Positions 9,059 to 18,734 of a DNA stretch of 64,000 nucleotides are shown in pieces. The stretch is from an uncultured delta proteobacterium. GTDB taxonomy: Bacteria > Desulfobacterota > Desulfobacteria > Desulfobacterales > JAFDCJ01. The stretch is from the NCBI GenBank assembly GCA_963769935.1, contig CAVYNY010000032.1, positions 192,001-256,000 of the forward strand, in the 5' to 3' direction. A program made the translations under genes and the position numbers. The notes under the pieces are model-generated. The model saw only the letters and a list, made by a program, of their open reading frames with translations. It made no database searches and had not been told where the DNA came from. The stretch's first letter is position 1, and each line of letters starts with the position of its first letter.

Positions 9059-9252
9059 AATATTGAAAGCCTGGTTCTCTAGGCCAGGTCAGAGATGATC
9101 GGCTCTGCCATAGGTCAAATCGGTTCATGGTTTCGAGTGTCAGGTTTCAGGTGTCAGTAAAAATCGAATCCTGAACACTGCTGGTAAACGTGATCACCCA
9201 TATCACCCCTGCGGGGTGGACCAAAGCCGGGCCCTCTGGACCCGGATCTTTA
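9059..9252 (+). repeat. Dispersed element, short (internally deleted) copy; partner 12189-12503
   Basis: Shares cctgg..ggccaggtcagag..gccat..ttcatggttt..gtgtcaggtttcaggtgtcagtaaaaatcgaat..ctggtaaacgtgatcacccat..ggaccaaagccggg..ctctggaccc..gatcttt with the 12.2-kb copy. Confidence 0.9.
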
Positions 9253-9282
9253 CCTATGAGGTCATTAATCTTTGGACATTGA

Positions 9283-9360
9283 TTCACCGCGTGCTTCCGA
9301 CTTCGCGCTTCGAGCTGCGACGGGACAAGTCGCTTAAGGCGCAAAGGTCGCAGAGGCGCT
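9283..9360. repeat. 9-bp-period array (aaggcgcaaaggtcgcagagg) preceded by a hairpin cassette
   Basis: ttcaccgcgt-gcttccgacttcgcgcttcgagctgcgacgggacaagtc-gcttaaggcgcaaaggtcgcagagg. Confidence 0.5.
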
Positions 9361-9375
9361 TTTTTTTGTCGGAAA

Positions 9376-10173
9376 CTACTTGGAGACCGTTTCAGCGGAC
9401 CCGTCGGAACTCCGGTTTTTATCAGTCTCAACCACGGCCTGCATGACGGCTTTGCGGGCCACTCTCGACACGAATATCATCACGGCGATACACACCGCAA
9501 GTCCGCCAATCATCGCCAGATCATGCAGGTGAGCGGTCCGAGCATCGCTGCCTGCCAACCAGGCTGCTTGCTTGCCGATGCATCCGAAGTAAACCTCGAT
9601 TGCCAAGTTGGGTGTCAGCGCCAGGCATGCAATCAGGAATCCTGCGAACCGGACGCCGGCAGCGCCGAGCAGGTAACTGATTGTCGCAGGATTCAACGGT
9701 GTCAGGCGCAGAAGAACCTGCAAGCGAAATTCGTTCCGACCGACGGCCCTTTGAATTGAAGCCAGCGACGGTCTCGCTGCAAGCATCCGCTGGATCCGGG
9801 CCCGCAAAAGCTTGTGCGAGAGCACGTACTGTATCGCCCCCGCCAGCACACTGCCTGCCAATACCGCCGTAAGGCCCCAGCCCAGCCCGAAGAGAGCGCC
9901 CGCGATAATGCACAGCACGGTGTCGGGGACCAGGAACGACGTCGTCAGGACGAACAGTCCGATAAACACGAAAACGCCCCACGGGCCAAGTTTGGTGATC
10001 CAGGATTCGATTGCATTGATGTTATGTCCGATTTCGCGGCCCGCAATAACTACGGCAACGATCAGCAGCAACACCACTGTCAGGTAACGGATCGCTGCCC
10101 GTGAGTAGGTCCGTGCCAGGAGCCGGTGCATCCGGACACCGCTGGATTTAATATCCTTTGCGCTGTGCATCAC
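9376..10173 (-). CDS. TVP38/TMEM64 (VTT/DedA-like) membrane protein
   Basis: Multiple TM segments, AGALFG, LLRLTPLNP, SYLLG; start uncertain. Confidence 0.85.
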   Translation of the reverse strand: MMHSAKDIKSSGVRMHRLLARTYSRAAIRYLTVVLLLIVAVVIAGREIGHNINAIESWITKLGPWGVFVFIGLFVLTTSFLVPDTVLCIIAGALFGLGWGLTAVLAGSVLAGAIQYVLSHKLLRARIQRMLAARPSLASIQRAVGRNEFRLQVLLRLTPLNPATISYLLGAAGVRFAGFLIACLALTPNLAIEVYFGCIGKQAAWLAGSDARTAHLHDLAMIGGLAVCIAVMIFVSRVARKAVMQAVVETDKNRSSDGSAETVSK

Positions 10174-10239
10174 CTTGAATAAGTTATCCTATTTACAGAA
10201 CAATCAAATTTACGATGGCCAAATTATGGCTCAATTGGG

Positions 10240-11412
10240 TTAGATATGGAAAGTCGCCTTGAAATTTGGGTCGGTAATGGCCGGGCGTTGGAGCGAAAAT
10301 GGTGCAATGGGATACTCTGACCGGCCGTCAATGGCCAATTGGCTCAGAATTTTACCCAGCAGGCCGGCAAATTTGTAGGCATGCCCGGCGCCGTTGCAGA
10401 CGATAATCTGGGGATGCTCCGGTACCCTGTCGATAACGAAATTGCGGTCTTTGGGCATGGCGTACAGGCAGGTTTTAGTATACAGCTTGGGTCCCAGGAA
10501 GCCGGGAATATATTTCTGCAACCACACTTCGAGGCGATGCTCGCGGGCCTCGTCGGCTTCATAGGTGCGTGTTTGGGGGGTCACCGCCGGCCCGGTAGCA
10601 TCGAGGCCGGCCTTGGTTGCTACTTCGCCGTAAATCGGAAAGCCATAAACACCCGCTTCGCCATGCCATAAAAAAACCGGAAAGTGGCCGATGGAAAATT
10701 CCTTTAAATTGGGAGTCGCATAGTACGTAACCTGTTCCTGCGTAACCGTGATACCCAAACGCAGGTCAAGATCCGCCAGCACCTGGTCGACCCACGCCCC
10801 GGCGGTGATGACAAGGCTTTGGCAGGAAAATGTCCCTGATTGGGTTTTTACATCCACCCCGCCTTCAAAGGGCCGGATCGACTCGACGCTGCAACGTTCA
10901 AGAATTGTCGCGCCATAGGAGCGGGCCATGCCGATGTGAGCCGCGTTTCCTTTGGCGGCATCGGCAATACCGGTATCGGCCTGATACAGGGCGTCTACTT
11001 CCTGGTCCAGCCTGAACTGCGGGAAACGCCGCATCACTTCATCTCCGCCCAAACGCTCGTAGGCAATACCGGCCGCATCCATTGCGCCGGCATACATTCC
11101 GATATCCTGCCGGTAAGGGCTGTCCCGCAGCGCCAATTCTATACCGCCGGTCTTGGTCACCACCGGCACCGCCGACTCGGCTTCCAGCGCGGCCCAGGCT
11201 CGGTAGGTGTGAGGCGTCAGGCGCGTATATTTCTCGTCATGGTAGGTCAGGCGAATAATCCGCGAATGGTCCTGCGAGCCGCCATGCACGTGGCCCAATT
11301 TAAATTGCTCCAGCCCCAGCACCTCGGCTCCCGCCCGGCGGGACAGCCAGTAGGCTGCGCCGCTGCCGATGCCGCCGCAGCCCAAGACGATATATTCATA
11401 TTTCGTTTTCAT
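10240..11412 (-). CDS. solA: N-methyltryptophan/monomeric sarcosine oxidase family flavoprotein
   Basis: GCGGIG FAD motif, HGGSQDHSRIIR, TCLY, GHAYKF. Confidence 0.8.
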   Translation of the reverse strand: MKTKYEYIVLGCGGIGSGAAYWLSRRAGAEVLGLEQFKLGHVHGGSQDHSRIIRLTYHDEKYTRLTPHTYRAWAALEAESAVPVVTKTGGIELALRDSPYRQDIGMYAGAMDAAGIAYERLGGDEVMRRFPQFRLDQEVDALYQADTGIADAAKGNAAHIGMARSYGATILERCSVESIRPFEGGVDVKTQSGTFSCQSLVITAGAWVDQVLADLDLRLGITVTQEQVTYYATPNLKEFSIGHFPVFLWHGEAGVYGFPIYGEVATKAGLDATGPAVTPQTRTYEADEAREHRLEVWLQKYIPGFLGPKLYTKTCLYAMPKDRNFVIDRVPEHPQIIVCNGAGHAYKFAGLLGKILSQLAIDGRSEYPIAPFSLQRPAITDPNFKATFHI

Positions 11413-11445
11413 GCGATCTTCTCTATTCAATGCCCAATTGCAGTG

Positions 11446-12075
11446 TCAGCCTTTCGCAGGCATGATAACCTGGAATTTTTCACTCAGGGCCTTTTTGAAT
11501 TGCACGGCATCCTGCTCCCCGCCGACAATGCTGCCGTAATGCATCGGGATGGCGATCCGGGGTCCAATTGCTAAAGCTGCCTTAACTGCTTCATCAGCCG
11601 TCATCACGTATGTGCCGGAAACCGGCAGCAAGGCGATGTCCGTCTTGAAGTCCTGCATTTCCGGAATAAAATCGGTGTCGCCGGCATGATAGACGCGGAC
11701 ACCCTCGATCTCGACGATAAAGCCCAGCCAGCCATTGGCTTTGGGGTGAAATTTTTTGTTGACATTGTAGGCGGGAACCGCTTCGATTTTTATGCCGGCC
11801 ACTGTCAGGCTCTCGCCCGGTGATAGCACCCGCACATCGCCGGATAGTTTCTTCGCGGAATCTTTCTCGGTGATAATTACCGTATCGGGTTGCTGGATTT
11901 TCGCGACGTCGCCCGGCGAGCAATGATCAAAGTGCTCGTGGGTGATCAGGATGATGTCCGCCATTTTGCCTGCCGCGATTTCGTAGGGGTCGAAGTAAAT
12001 CGTCTTGGCGGCATCAATCCGGAACCCGTCATGCCCCAACCATACAATTTTCTTGGCTAAATCCTGTGCTGTCAT
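11446..12075 (-). CDS. MBL-fold metallo-hydrolase (UlaG-like)
   Basis: WLGH, ITHEHFDH, YHAGDT, PMHYG. Confidence 0.9.
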   Translation of the reverse strand: MTAQDLAKKIVWLGHDGFRIDAAKTIYFDPYEIAAGKMADIILITHEHFDHCSPGDVAKIQQPDTVIITEKDSAKKLSGDVRVLSPGESLTVAGIKIEAVPAYNVNKKFHPKANGWLGFIVEIEGVRVYHAGDTDFIPEMQDFKTDIALLPVSGTYVMTADEAVKAALAIGPRIAIPMHYGSIVGGEQDAVQFKKALSEKFQVIMPAKG

Positions 12076-12188
12076 GGCTGCCTCCTTCGGTTAAAAAATG
12101 ACGTGTCAAAAGATGATCGTGCGTTGAAGATAAAGCCATTGCCTGCTGCTTGTCAAGGGACAGCAACCTGTCGACAAGGCAATGATTC

Positions 12189-12503
12189 CAAAATTGCAAA
12201 CCTGGTCCTGTGGGCCAGGTCAGAGGATATTGGCTTTGCCATGGGCCAAATCTGTTCATGGTTTCAGGTGTCAGGTTTCAGGTGTCAGTAAAAATCGAAT
12301 TCTGAATCCTGAACACTGATTGGGCTGCAAATGAAGATCAACACTGTTGCAAGAAAGTCCATTGCATGAGGGACTCCGGCCCAGCGGGTCGACTTCAGTT
12401 GCTGACACCTGACACCTGACACCTGAAAACTGCTGGTAAACGTGATCACCCATCTCACCCCTCCGGGGCGGACCAAAGCCGGGCGCTCTGGACCCCGATC
12501 TTT
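12189..12503 (+). repeat. Dispersed element, full-length copy with inverted 7-bp arms (GGTKTCA / CTGACAC)
   Basis: Left arm 12260-12288, right arm 12402-12429. Carries 114 bp (12319-12432) absent from the 9.1-kb copy. Confidence 0.9.
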
Positions 12504-12530
12504 GCTTGAGCATACTTTGGTAAGCTTTAC

Positions 12531-14048
12531 CTAGGGTTCGGTGAGAAAAAAATCTGAAATAACGCCCATAAAGCGGTTGTATTTGAGAGCATAGTGGCTG
12601 AGCCCCTGCCGGATGAAGCCGGCGGAAATTTCCCGATCCTCTTCTTCGATGTGGGGCGCTCTCTGCTGCCAGGAGTTTTCATCCAGTGCCAGAATTTCAT
12701 CAACCTTTTGGCGATAAAAATCCGCTACCGGCAGATCGGAATAGGCGTTGACGAACCAGGGCATGGCGCGGCCGACCTTTTTCAGGAACAGGTCCTGGGC
12801 CCGGCCGAATCGAAGGCAGGAGGCGTCGGTGAAATTTTCCATGGCGGCCATCTTGTCAAAATCGATGTAGTCGCCGGCCGCGCTCAGTTCGTAGGCTTTG
12901 GTCCCGGGATAAGGAAAGAAAAACGACCAGCGGTAGCGCCCGGGTTTGGCCCGGGCCATCAAACGGATGGTGGCCATGACATCGTCGTGGGTTTCATCCG
13001 GCAGACCGATCATTAAAAATACGGAGGTGTGCAGCCCGTATTGATGGGCGGTTTCAACGGCCTTGACTATTTTCGCATTTGTCATGCGCCGCTGAAGAAT
13101 CCGGCGCCGGATGCGTTCGCTGCCGCTTTCGACGCCGAATTTGACGATTTTGCAGCCGGCATCCGCCAGGCAGGCGGCTCTTTCACGGTCGAAAAAACCC
13201 ACATGGGCGTTGACCACAAAGGGCAGGGAACTGATGCTGCGGTAGGCCCGGCAAAATTCCTCCACATACCGGCGGTAGAAGGTGAACAGGTCATCGTCCA
13301 GGATAAACATGGTTATATTCTGATATCGGCCCAGCAGGTATTCGATTTCCTTCATCATCCGGGCGACGGGGAAATGCCGGATGTAGTCCAGTCCCTTGAA
13401 GCTGCAATGCAGATCGTCGCGATACTGCGAGACCAGCTGGTGATTGAAGCAGTAGGTGCAGGAAAAGGGGCAGCCGCGGGATGCCATCAGTCCCACCCAG
13501 CCGTTTTTGGCATCGATTATGTTTTGAAAATCAAATATCTCGTAGTCTTTAAAGGGTAGTATTGCCAGATCCGGCAGCGGTCGCAAAGGATTCAGGTGCA
13601 CCTTGCCGTTGCGGACAAACCCAAGATTTTTGACTTCCGAAACATCCGCGCCGCGGTCGATTTTATCAACGAATTCAGCCAGCGCCTCTTCGGCTTCACC
13701 CCGGATGATATAGTCAAACTCTCCGGACTGCAGAACCTCTTCGCCGGCCGCCATGGTATGAATGCCGCCGCAAATCAGGGGGGCGCCGGTTGCCCGGCGG
13801 GCCCAGGCGGCCAGCTTTTTGGCCAGCGGCCATTGATTGGTGACCACGGAAAAGCCGATAATATCGGCGGCTTCCTGCTGCAGGCGCCCGATGAATTGCG
13901 CTTCGGACGGCAGCGGCGCGATGTCTTCACACAGCTGCCACAGGACGACCGCATGCCCTGCTTCTCTGAGAACAGCGGACAGATGTGCAATACCGTAGTT
14001 AAATCCCAGCTGGGAGCCGGCGTTGGGGTAAATGAAAAGGATCTTCAT
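12531..14048 (-). CDS. B12-binding domain radical SAM protein (class B RSMT-like)
   Basis: Start MKILFIYP overlaps the upstream stop (ATGA). Cobalamin-binding N-domain (GIAHLSAVL, CGGIHT, GEAE), CPFSCTYC motif, FGVESGS, MIGLP. Confidence 0.9.
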   Translation of the reverse strand: MKILFIYPNAGSQLGFNYGIAHLSAVLREAGHAVVLWQLCEDIAPLPSEAQFIGRLQQEAADIIGFSVVTNQWPLAKKLAAWARRATGAPLICGGIHTMAAGEEVLQSGEFDYIIRGEAEEALAEFVDKIDRGADVSEVKNLGFVRNGKVHLNPLRPLPDLAILPFKDYEIFDFQNIIDAKNGWVGLMASRGCPFSCTYCFNHQLVSQYRDDLHCSFKGLDYIRHFPVARMMKEIEYLLGRYQNITMFILDDDLFTFYRRYVEEFCRAYRSISSLPFVVNAHVGFFDRERAACLADAGCKIVKFGVESGSERIRRRILQRRMTNAKIVKAVETAHQYGLHTSVFLMIGLPDETHDDVMATIRLMARAKPGRYRWSFFFPYPGTKAYELSAAGDYIDFDKMAAMENFTDASCLRFGRAQDLFLKKVGRAMPWFVNAYSDLPVADFYRQKVDEILALDENSWQQRAPHIEEEDREISAGFIRQGLSHYALKYNRFMGVISDFFLTEP

Positions 14049-15535
14049 GCCTTTCTTTCTATCATAATGCGGGTGATAATGTCTTCCACATCGATTGCGG
14101 TCGGGTCGGTAAGGGTGTCGACATGGACGATCTGGCAGGTATTCGGGCCGTACGCGCTCCAGCGTCGAATAAAGCGCATGTTGTTGGAGCCTGCAAAAAT
14201 AGTCAGGCACGGTGTCTCCAGGGCCGCCGCGATATGCTGGCAGGCGGAGTCATACCCGATATATTCGTCACAGGCCCCGATCAGGGCGGCGATTTCGCCG
14301 ATGCGGGTCTGCAATCCGATGACTCCCCAGTTGAGCGTGGTCTCCAGGCCGTCCTCAAAAACAGAATCCTGAGTGGCATACGCCTTGGCTTTGACGGTTT
14401 TGAGCAGGGAGCGGGAGTATTGCAGTTCTGCGTCGCCAAAGCCTTTATCGAGCAGAATAACGGTATTGGGTTCCTTTAACAGGGACAGCAGCAGCGTCTG
14501 CTCCAGAAGCCGGCCGACTTTTTTGCGGGGATTGCCGCCGACGCCAAAATTGACGGCGATGACCCTGGCGGCGCCGTTGGCCCGCAGTTTTTCACAATAC
14601 CGTTCCGCCCGGCGGATATTTGCCGGCTGCAGCCAGACCCTGGGATAACGAAAATCCTCCACGCCGGTGATTCGATCCAGCCAGGTATTGGTTAGCTGGG
14701 CCATGGACAGGTTGACGGCAACCGAACTTTCCGACCGGCTGTCGAAAAAGAAGTAGCTGTCAAGGCCGATGAGGGGCAGCACGCCGAGCTGCGACAGGCG
14801 GGAGTCCGGATCAATCAAAATGGTATTCGCCGGCGGGCAGGCCGCCAGTTCCCGCCCGACAATATGCAACACCGTCTGCCAACTGGACAATCGATCCAGC
14901 AAGCCGCCCTGACGGTGGTAGTCGACCTTGCAGAACCTGATTTTTGAATTTCCGCCGTAGATTTCATCCAGGTTGCCGCCGCCGATCAGGACAATTTCGG
15001 CTGAAGGAAACAGCTGCGCCAGCCGTTGGATGACAATGCTGTTGATCGCCACATCGGCCCCGATGGTCACCCGTGACAGAAGCAGAATTTTGGCGACTTG
15101 GCGTTGGGGCGACAACTCCTTGGGATCCAACCGGATTTTTTCGATCCGCGCCAGGAGATCGTCGCGGGTATAAATTTCGAATGCCTGCAGACAACGATTG
15201 AGTTCATCGGCCGCCCGCAGCTTGCGGCAAAAGGAAATAAGCTGGGCCATGACGCGGTTGTAGGTTTCCGTTTGCAGATCTTCAAATTCATCGCACAGGC
15301 TTTCGATGATGATGCTGAACAGGGCCTGGGCGGCGATACCGTTGAGATTGGTATCCTCGGAAAAGGTGGTCATTTCACAAAGCAGATCGATACAATCCGC
15401 TTCATAATGGCAGTCCTTCAGATAGGAATCCATGAATGAATAGGCAATCTGCTGCGCCAGGCGCCTGAATTCCCGGGGCGTAATAATCTGGGTCTTCAGG
15501 TGGGCCCATTTTTGCCGGTAAAACGTCGTTTTCAT
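14045..15535 (-). CDS. GT9 (heptosyltransferase-like) protein with a long N-terminal extension
   Basis: KILLLSRVTIGAD and YIGYDSACQHIAAALETPCLTIF are GT9-like; about 145 extra N-terminal residues. Confidence 0.7.
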   Translation of the reverse strand: MKTTFYRQKWAHLKTQIITPREFRRLAQQIAYSFMDSYLKDCHYEADCIDLLCEMTTFSEDTNLNGIAAQALFSIIIESLCDEFEDLQTETYNRVMAQLISFCRKLRAADELNRCLQAFEIYTRDDLLARIEKIRLDPKELSPQRQVAKILLLSRVTIGADVAINSIVIQRLAQLFPSAEIVLIGGGNLDEIYGGNSKIRFCKVDYHRQGGLLDRLSSWQTVLHIVGRELAACPPANTILIDPDSRLSQLGVLPLIGLDSYFFFDSRSESSVAVNLSMAQLTNTWLDRITGVEDFRYPRVWLQPANIRRAERYCEKLRANGAARVIAVNFGVGGNPRKKVGRLLEQTLLLSLLKEPNTVILLDKGFGDAELQYSRSLLKTVKAKAYATQDSVFEDGLETTLNWGVIGLQTRIGEIAALIGACDEYIGYDSACQHIAAALETPCLTIFAGSNNMRFIRRWSAYGPNTCQIVHVDTLTDPTAIDVEDIITRIMIERKA

Positions 15536-15538
15536 CGG

Positions 15539-16594
15539 TCAGGGATGCTCCCGCAGTAATTGATCGCCGGCCTGCAGTACGGCCTCCGGTAATATCTCCT
15601 TCATACAGTTGTGTTCCAGATTGCATATTTTGTCATGACAGGGTGAACACGGCAGTTGCCTGCGCAGCACGATTGTTTTTTCAAGATTGGCCTGCGTGTA
15701 ACGGGGATCGGTCGGCCCCATGATCACCACCGCCGGAACATCAAAGGCAACCGCATAGTGGCGGGGACCGGTGTCATTGGTAACCAGCAGCCGGCAGCGC
15801 TGAACCAGGGGTTTTAAAAGTGCCAGGTCGACCTTGTCCGGACCGGTGTTGATGATATCGGCGCGGCTGAGCTTTACGATTTGCCGGCCGAGATCCTGCT
15901 CGGCCGGACCGACAAACAGCATGATTTTACAATCCCAATTTTGTGAGATCATTTCGGCCAGCCTGGCAAAATGTTCCGGTGGCCAGCACTTGGAGCTGCC
16001 GAATCCGGCTCCCGGGTTCAGGCCGATCACCATGTCAGCGGGCGCGATGCCGTAGCGTTCGATGAGCCGGGCACCCTTCGCCAGCGTGGCGTCCGAGCAA
16101 TATAGACGCGGTTTAAGTTGCCGTGGCGGATCGAAGTTCAACCAGCGGCATATTTCCATGTAGTACTCAACCATCGGTCGGGGGGTGAAACGACTGTCGC
16201 TGCGCCAGGGAGCGGGTCCACCGGTCATCAGCGCCGTTCGACCGTTGCGGCGATAACCATAGATCCTGCGTACCCCTCCGAGCCGGGCTATCAGCACCGA
16301 GCGAAATGAATTCGGCAAAATCAAGGCAAGGTCCGGTTTCAGCCTGCGCAGTTTGGAAACTAAATCAACCAGGCCGCCAATTGTTTTGTCATTAATTTCG
16401 ATAAGGTCATCGAACCACGGCGCGTCCTCCACGACCCCCCGGGCGTACCTGCGTACCAGGCCGATAAGCCGGGCTGCGGGAATGTTTTGCCGGATACAAT
16501 CAAAGGTTGGTGTTGCCATGACGACATCACCGACCCAGTTGGGGCAGGCAACCAGAACCGTTCGCGGTTGTATTTGGTTAATTTCAGCTGTCAC
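15539..16594 (-). CDS. waaF: Lipopolysaccharide heptosyltransferase II
   Basis: PNWVGDVVMATP, LPNSFRS, NPGAGFGSSKCWP, NDTGPRH. Confidence 0.88.
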   Translation of the reverse strand: MTAEINQIQPRTVLVACPNWVGDVVMATPTFDCIRQNIPAARLIGLVRRYARGVVEDAPWFDDLIEINDKTIGGLVDLVSKLRRLKPDLALILPNSFRSVLIARLGGVRRIYGYRRNGRTALMTGGPAPWRSDSRFTPRPMVEYYMEICRWLNFDPPRQLKPRLYCSDATLAKGARLIERYGIAPADMVIGLNPGAGFGSSKCWPPEHFARLAEMISQNWDCKIMLFVGPAEQDLGRQIVKLSRADIINTGPDKVDLALLKPLVQRCRLLVTNDTGPRHYAVAFDVPAVVIMGPTDPRYTQANLEKTIVLRRQLPCSPCHDKICNLEHNCMKEILPEAVLQAGDQLLREHP

Positions 16595-16664
16595 TTTGGT
16601 TATGTTAACTTGCTTTTAGACGCGGAATATAGAAAAAGAACCGGGACCTGTCAATCTTTAACCC

Positions 16665-16946
16665 GGGTTGAGGGGTTTGGGGTTTGGAGGTTCTGGGTTC
16701 ATAAGGTGTCAGGTGTCAGGTGTCAGAGGACAGAGGACAGAAGCTGGAAAACGGGGAGACGGAGAAACGGAGAAACGGGAGAAACGGGGATATCGAGATG
16801 GTGCCGCCGATCTCTATCCTCCAACCTCCAACATCAATTCCCTGCACCGTCAGCCGTGCGCCGCGTATCTTATTCCGTGAGCCGTGCTCCTTTCGCCTTT
16901 ATCCTTTAGCCTTTAGCCTTTTACCTTTTACCTTTTACTATCAACT
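16665..16946 (-). repeat. Composite modular element, copy I
   Basis: (aggtgtc)3(agaggac)2, (acggagaa)n, gatatcgagatggtgccgcc, cctccaa array, tccctgcaccgtcagccgtgcgcc, (cctttta)n; reverse complement matches 23974-24117. Confidence 0.9.
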
Positions 16947-18000
16947 ATGTGTCATGAGCTCTGAGCCGGCGTGCCAGCGCCAGCTTTTTCATTACCTCAT
17001 CGACGTTTATCCCGGCCATGCATTGCCGGCTGCGGACGGGACAGCGCATCTTGTAGCAGGGGGCGCAGTCGATTTCGCTTTTGACGACGAGTTCTTCACA
17101 GCCGAACGGGGCGGTCCGATCCGGAGACGTGGGGCCGAACAAAGTAACAAATGGCGTTCCGACCGCTGCGGCCACATGCCCCGGACCCGAGTCGGGTCCG
17201 ACCCCGACCGCAGCGGCTTTTAATACGGCGATCAGTTGCGGCAAAGATGTTCGGCCGACCAGGTCAATGACATCGGGCGTATTGATTTGCGTGGTCAGGG
17301 TGGCCGCCAGGGTGGTCTGGGAGTCGTCTCCCAGCAGCGCAACCTTTAAAGTGCCATCCGCCAGAATTTGCCGAATCAGGCTGAGGTAGCCCGCATAATG
17401 CCAGTTCTTGGCCTCCCAGGATGTGCCCAGGACGACGGCCGCAAAGGGTTGCTGCAATCCAGCGATCGCCCGCGGGGCCGTCCGGTCAGCGTTTAGCGAT
17501 GCCAGACCGAAATCAAGGGCGGCGGGAACCGGCAACCCCAGGTGCTCGGTAAACTTTAAGTAATGCCGGATTTTTGGCAGATCATCGCTGAAGCAGCCGA
17601 TATGCTCATTGTTAAATATCCAGTTGAACTCTTTGGCATTGCGGCGATGAAAACCGATGCGGCGTCCGGCGCCGGACAGCAGCGAAAAAAAACCGCTTTT
17701 CAATATGCGCTGCAGGTCGAGGGTGATATCGAAGTGCTCCCGCCTCAAATCATGATACAAATGCCGGACAGCCGACAACCGCCAGGCCCGCTTGAAAATG
17801 ATGACATTGTCGATCTGCTCGTGGAGTTGGACGAGTGCCGCCCAGCGGGACTCGACCAGCCAGGTAACCCGGCAGGCCGGCAGATTCTTTTTGATCTGGG
17901 CCACCAGACACAGCCCCCGTGCGATATCGCCCAGCGAGCCCGTCAAAATGATGAGGATGGAAGAATCGGATTTTATATGCAGGTTTGAAGGTTTGGTCAT
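16945..18000 (-). CDS. GT9 heptosyltransferase (WaaC-like)
   Basis: GSLGDI, DLQRILKS, GPDSGPGHVAAAVG, LFGPT. Confidence 0.85.
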   Translation of the reverse strand: MTKPSNLHIKSDSSILIILTGSLGDIARGLCLVAQIKKNLPACRVTWLVESRWAALVQLHEQIDNVIIFKRAWRLSAVRHLYHDLRREHFDITLDLQRILKSGFFSLLSGAGRRIGFHRRNAKEFNWIFNNEHIGCFSDDLPKIRHYLKFTEHLGLPVPAALDFGLASLNADRTAPRAIAGLQQPFAAVVLGTSWEAKNWHYAGYLSLIRQILADGTLKVALLGDDSQTTLAATLTTQINTPDVIDLVGRTSLPQLIAVLKAAAVGVGPDSGPGHVAAAVGTPFVTLFGPTSPDRTAPFGCEELVVKSEIDCAPCYKMRCPVRSRQCMAGINVDEVMKKLALARRLRAHDT

Positions 18001-18701
18001 TTTTCAATTTTCGAGTTACAGTTCAGCTCTTCCTGCATCATCTGGGCGAGAAATTCGGGCAGACCGTGTTTGACAACCGCCCGCTGCCAGCGGGCGATAT
18101 AACGGCTTCTTAATTTTTCCCGCCGGCCGCGAATGATGCGTCCCTTGTCGAAATCCAGCAGATAAACCTGCCGGCGGTCGTCAATCACTACATTGCCGGG
18201 ATGCAAATCGACATGCAGGATGTTGTTTTGAATCAAAAGCGCAATTTGTTCAGCGGTGGCCCGCACGGCGGCGCGCGTTTTTTCTTTATCCTGCAGACTC
18301 AAACGGGCCAGGGACATCGGCTCCCTGATGGCGCGGGTTACCAGCCACGCCGCATAGAACAGTCGGCCGCGATAGGCGTAAGCGACGGGCTGCGGGACAT
18401 TTAGGCCTGCATAGCCGGCAAGGCTCAGCAGCTCAAATTCACGTTGGCCGCGGGTTTTTCCCATTCTAAGATATCGGCGTTTGATAAAATACCGCATCAG
18501 TCCGCCGCGCCGGTAATGCTTGATGATGACCGATCCGATTCCGTCCAGCTGTACCGGGGTAACAGGGGTCCTCCCGTCCAGGGTCGGTCCTTGAAGGGGG
18601 CCGGGCTGATGCATAAGGCCGGTGAGGGTCCGCAGCTGCGATTCGGTCAGGTTCAAAGAAAACCCGAAATGATGGGAGTCGACTGTTCGCGTTTGTATCA
18701 T
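17997..18701 (-). CDS. Kdo kinase-like protein (Kdo/WaaP family)
   Basis: IKHYRRGG, VPQP, HVDLHPGN, LLDFDKG; ATGA overlap with the next gene. Confidence 0.85.
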   Translation of the reverse strand: MIQTRTVDSHHFGFSLNLTESQLRTLTGLMHQPGPLQGPTLDGRTPVTPVQLDGIGSVIIKHYRRGGLMRYFIKRRYLRMGKTRGQREFELLSLAGYAGLNVPQPVAYAYRGRLFYAAWLVTRAIREPMSLARLSLQDKEKTRAAVRATAEQIALLIQNNILHVDLHPGNVVIDDRRQVYLLDFDKGRIIRGRREKLRSRYIARWQRAVVKHGLPEFLAQMMQEELNCNSKIEK

Positions 18702-18734
18702 AAAATTTCAAGCTTTAGGTGATCCTCGAACCCC

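Noticed and set aside
12029..12513. Short ORFs inside repeats (also 16720-17223, 23955-24152, 28684-29196, 42161-42413)
   Set aside because: Their similarity to one another comes from the DNA repeats. The matching frame in the 9.1-kb copy stops after 23 codons, and the translations are low-complexity.
12531..14210. ORF-track N-terminal extensions (radical SAM 14210, also 2692, 8018, 33286, 56159, 57583)
   Set aside because: They overlap upstream genes or repeats; downstream starts fit the RBS, overlaps and family N-termini better.
13596..14372. Long antisense ORFs (also 8255-8956, 24171-24956, 59944-60783)
   Set aside because: They are shadows of well-supported genes in GC-rich coding DNA and have no motifs.
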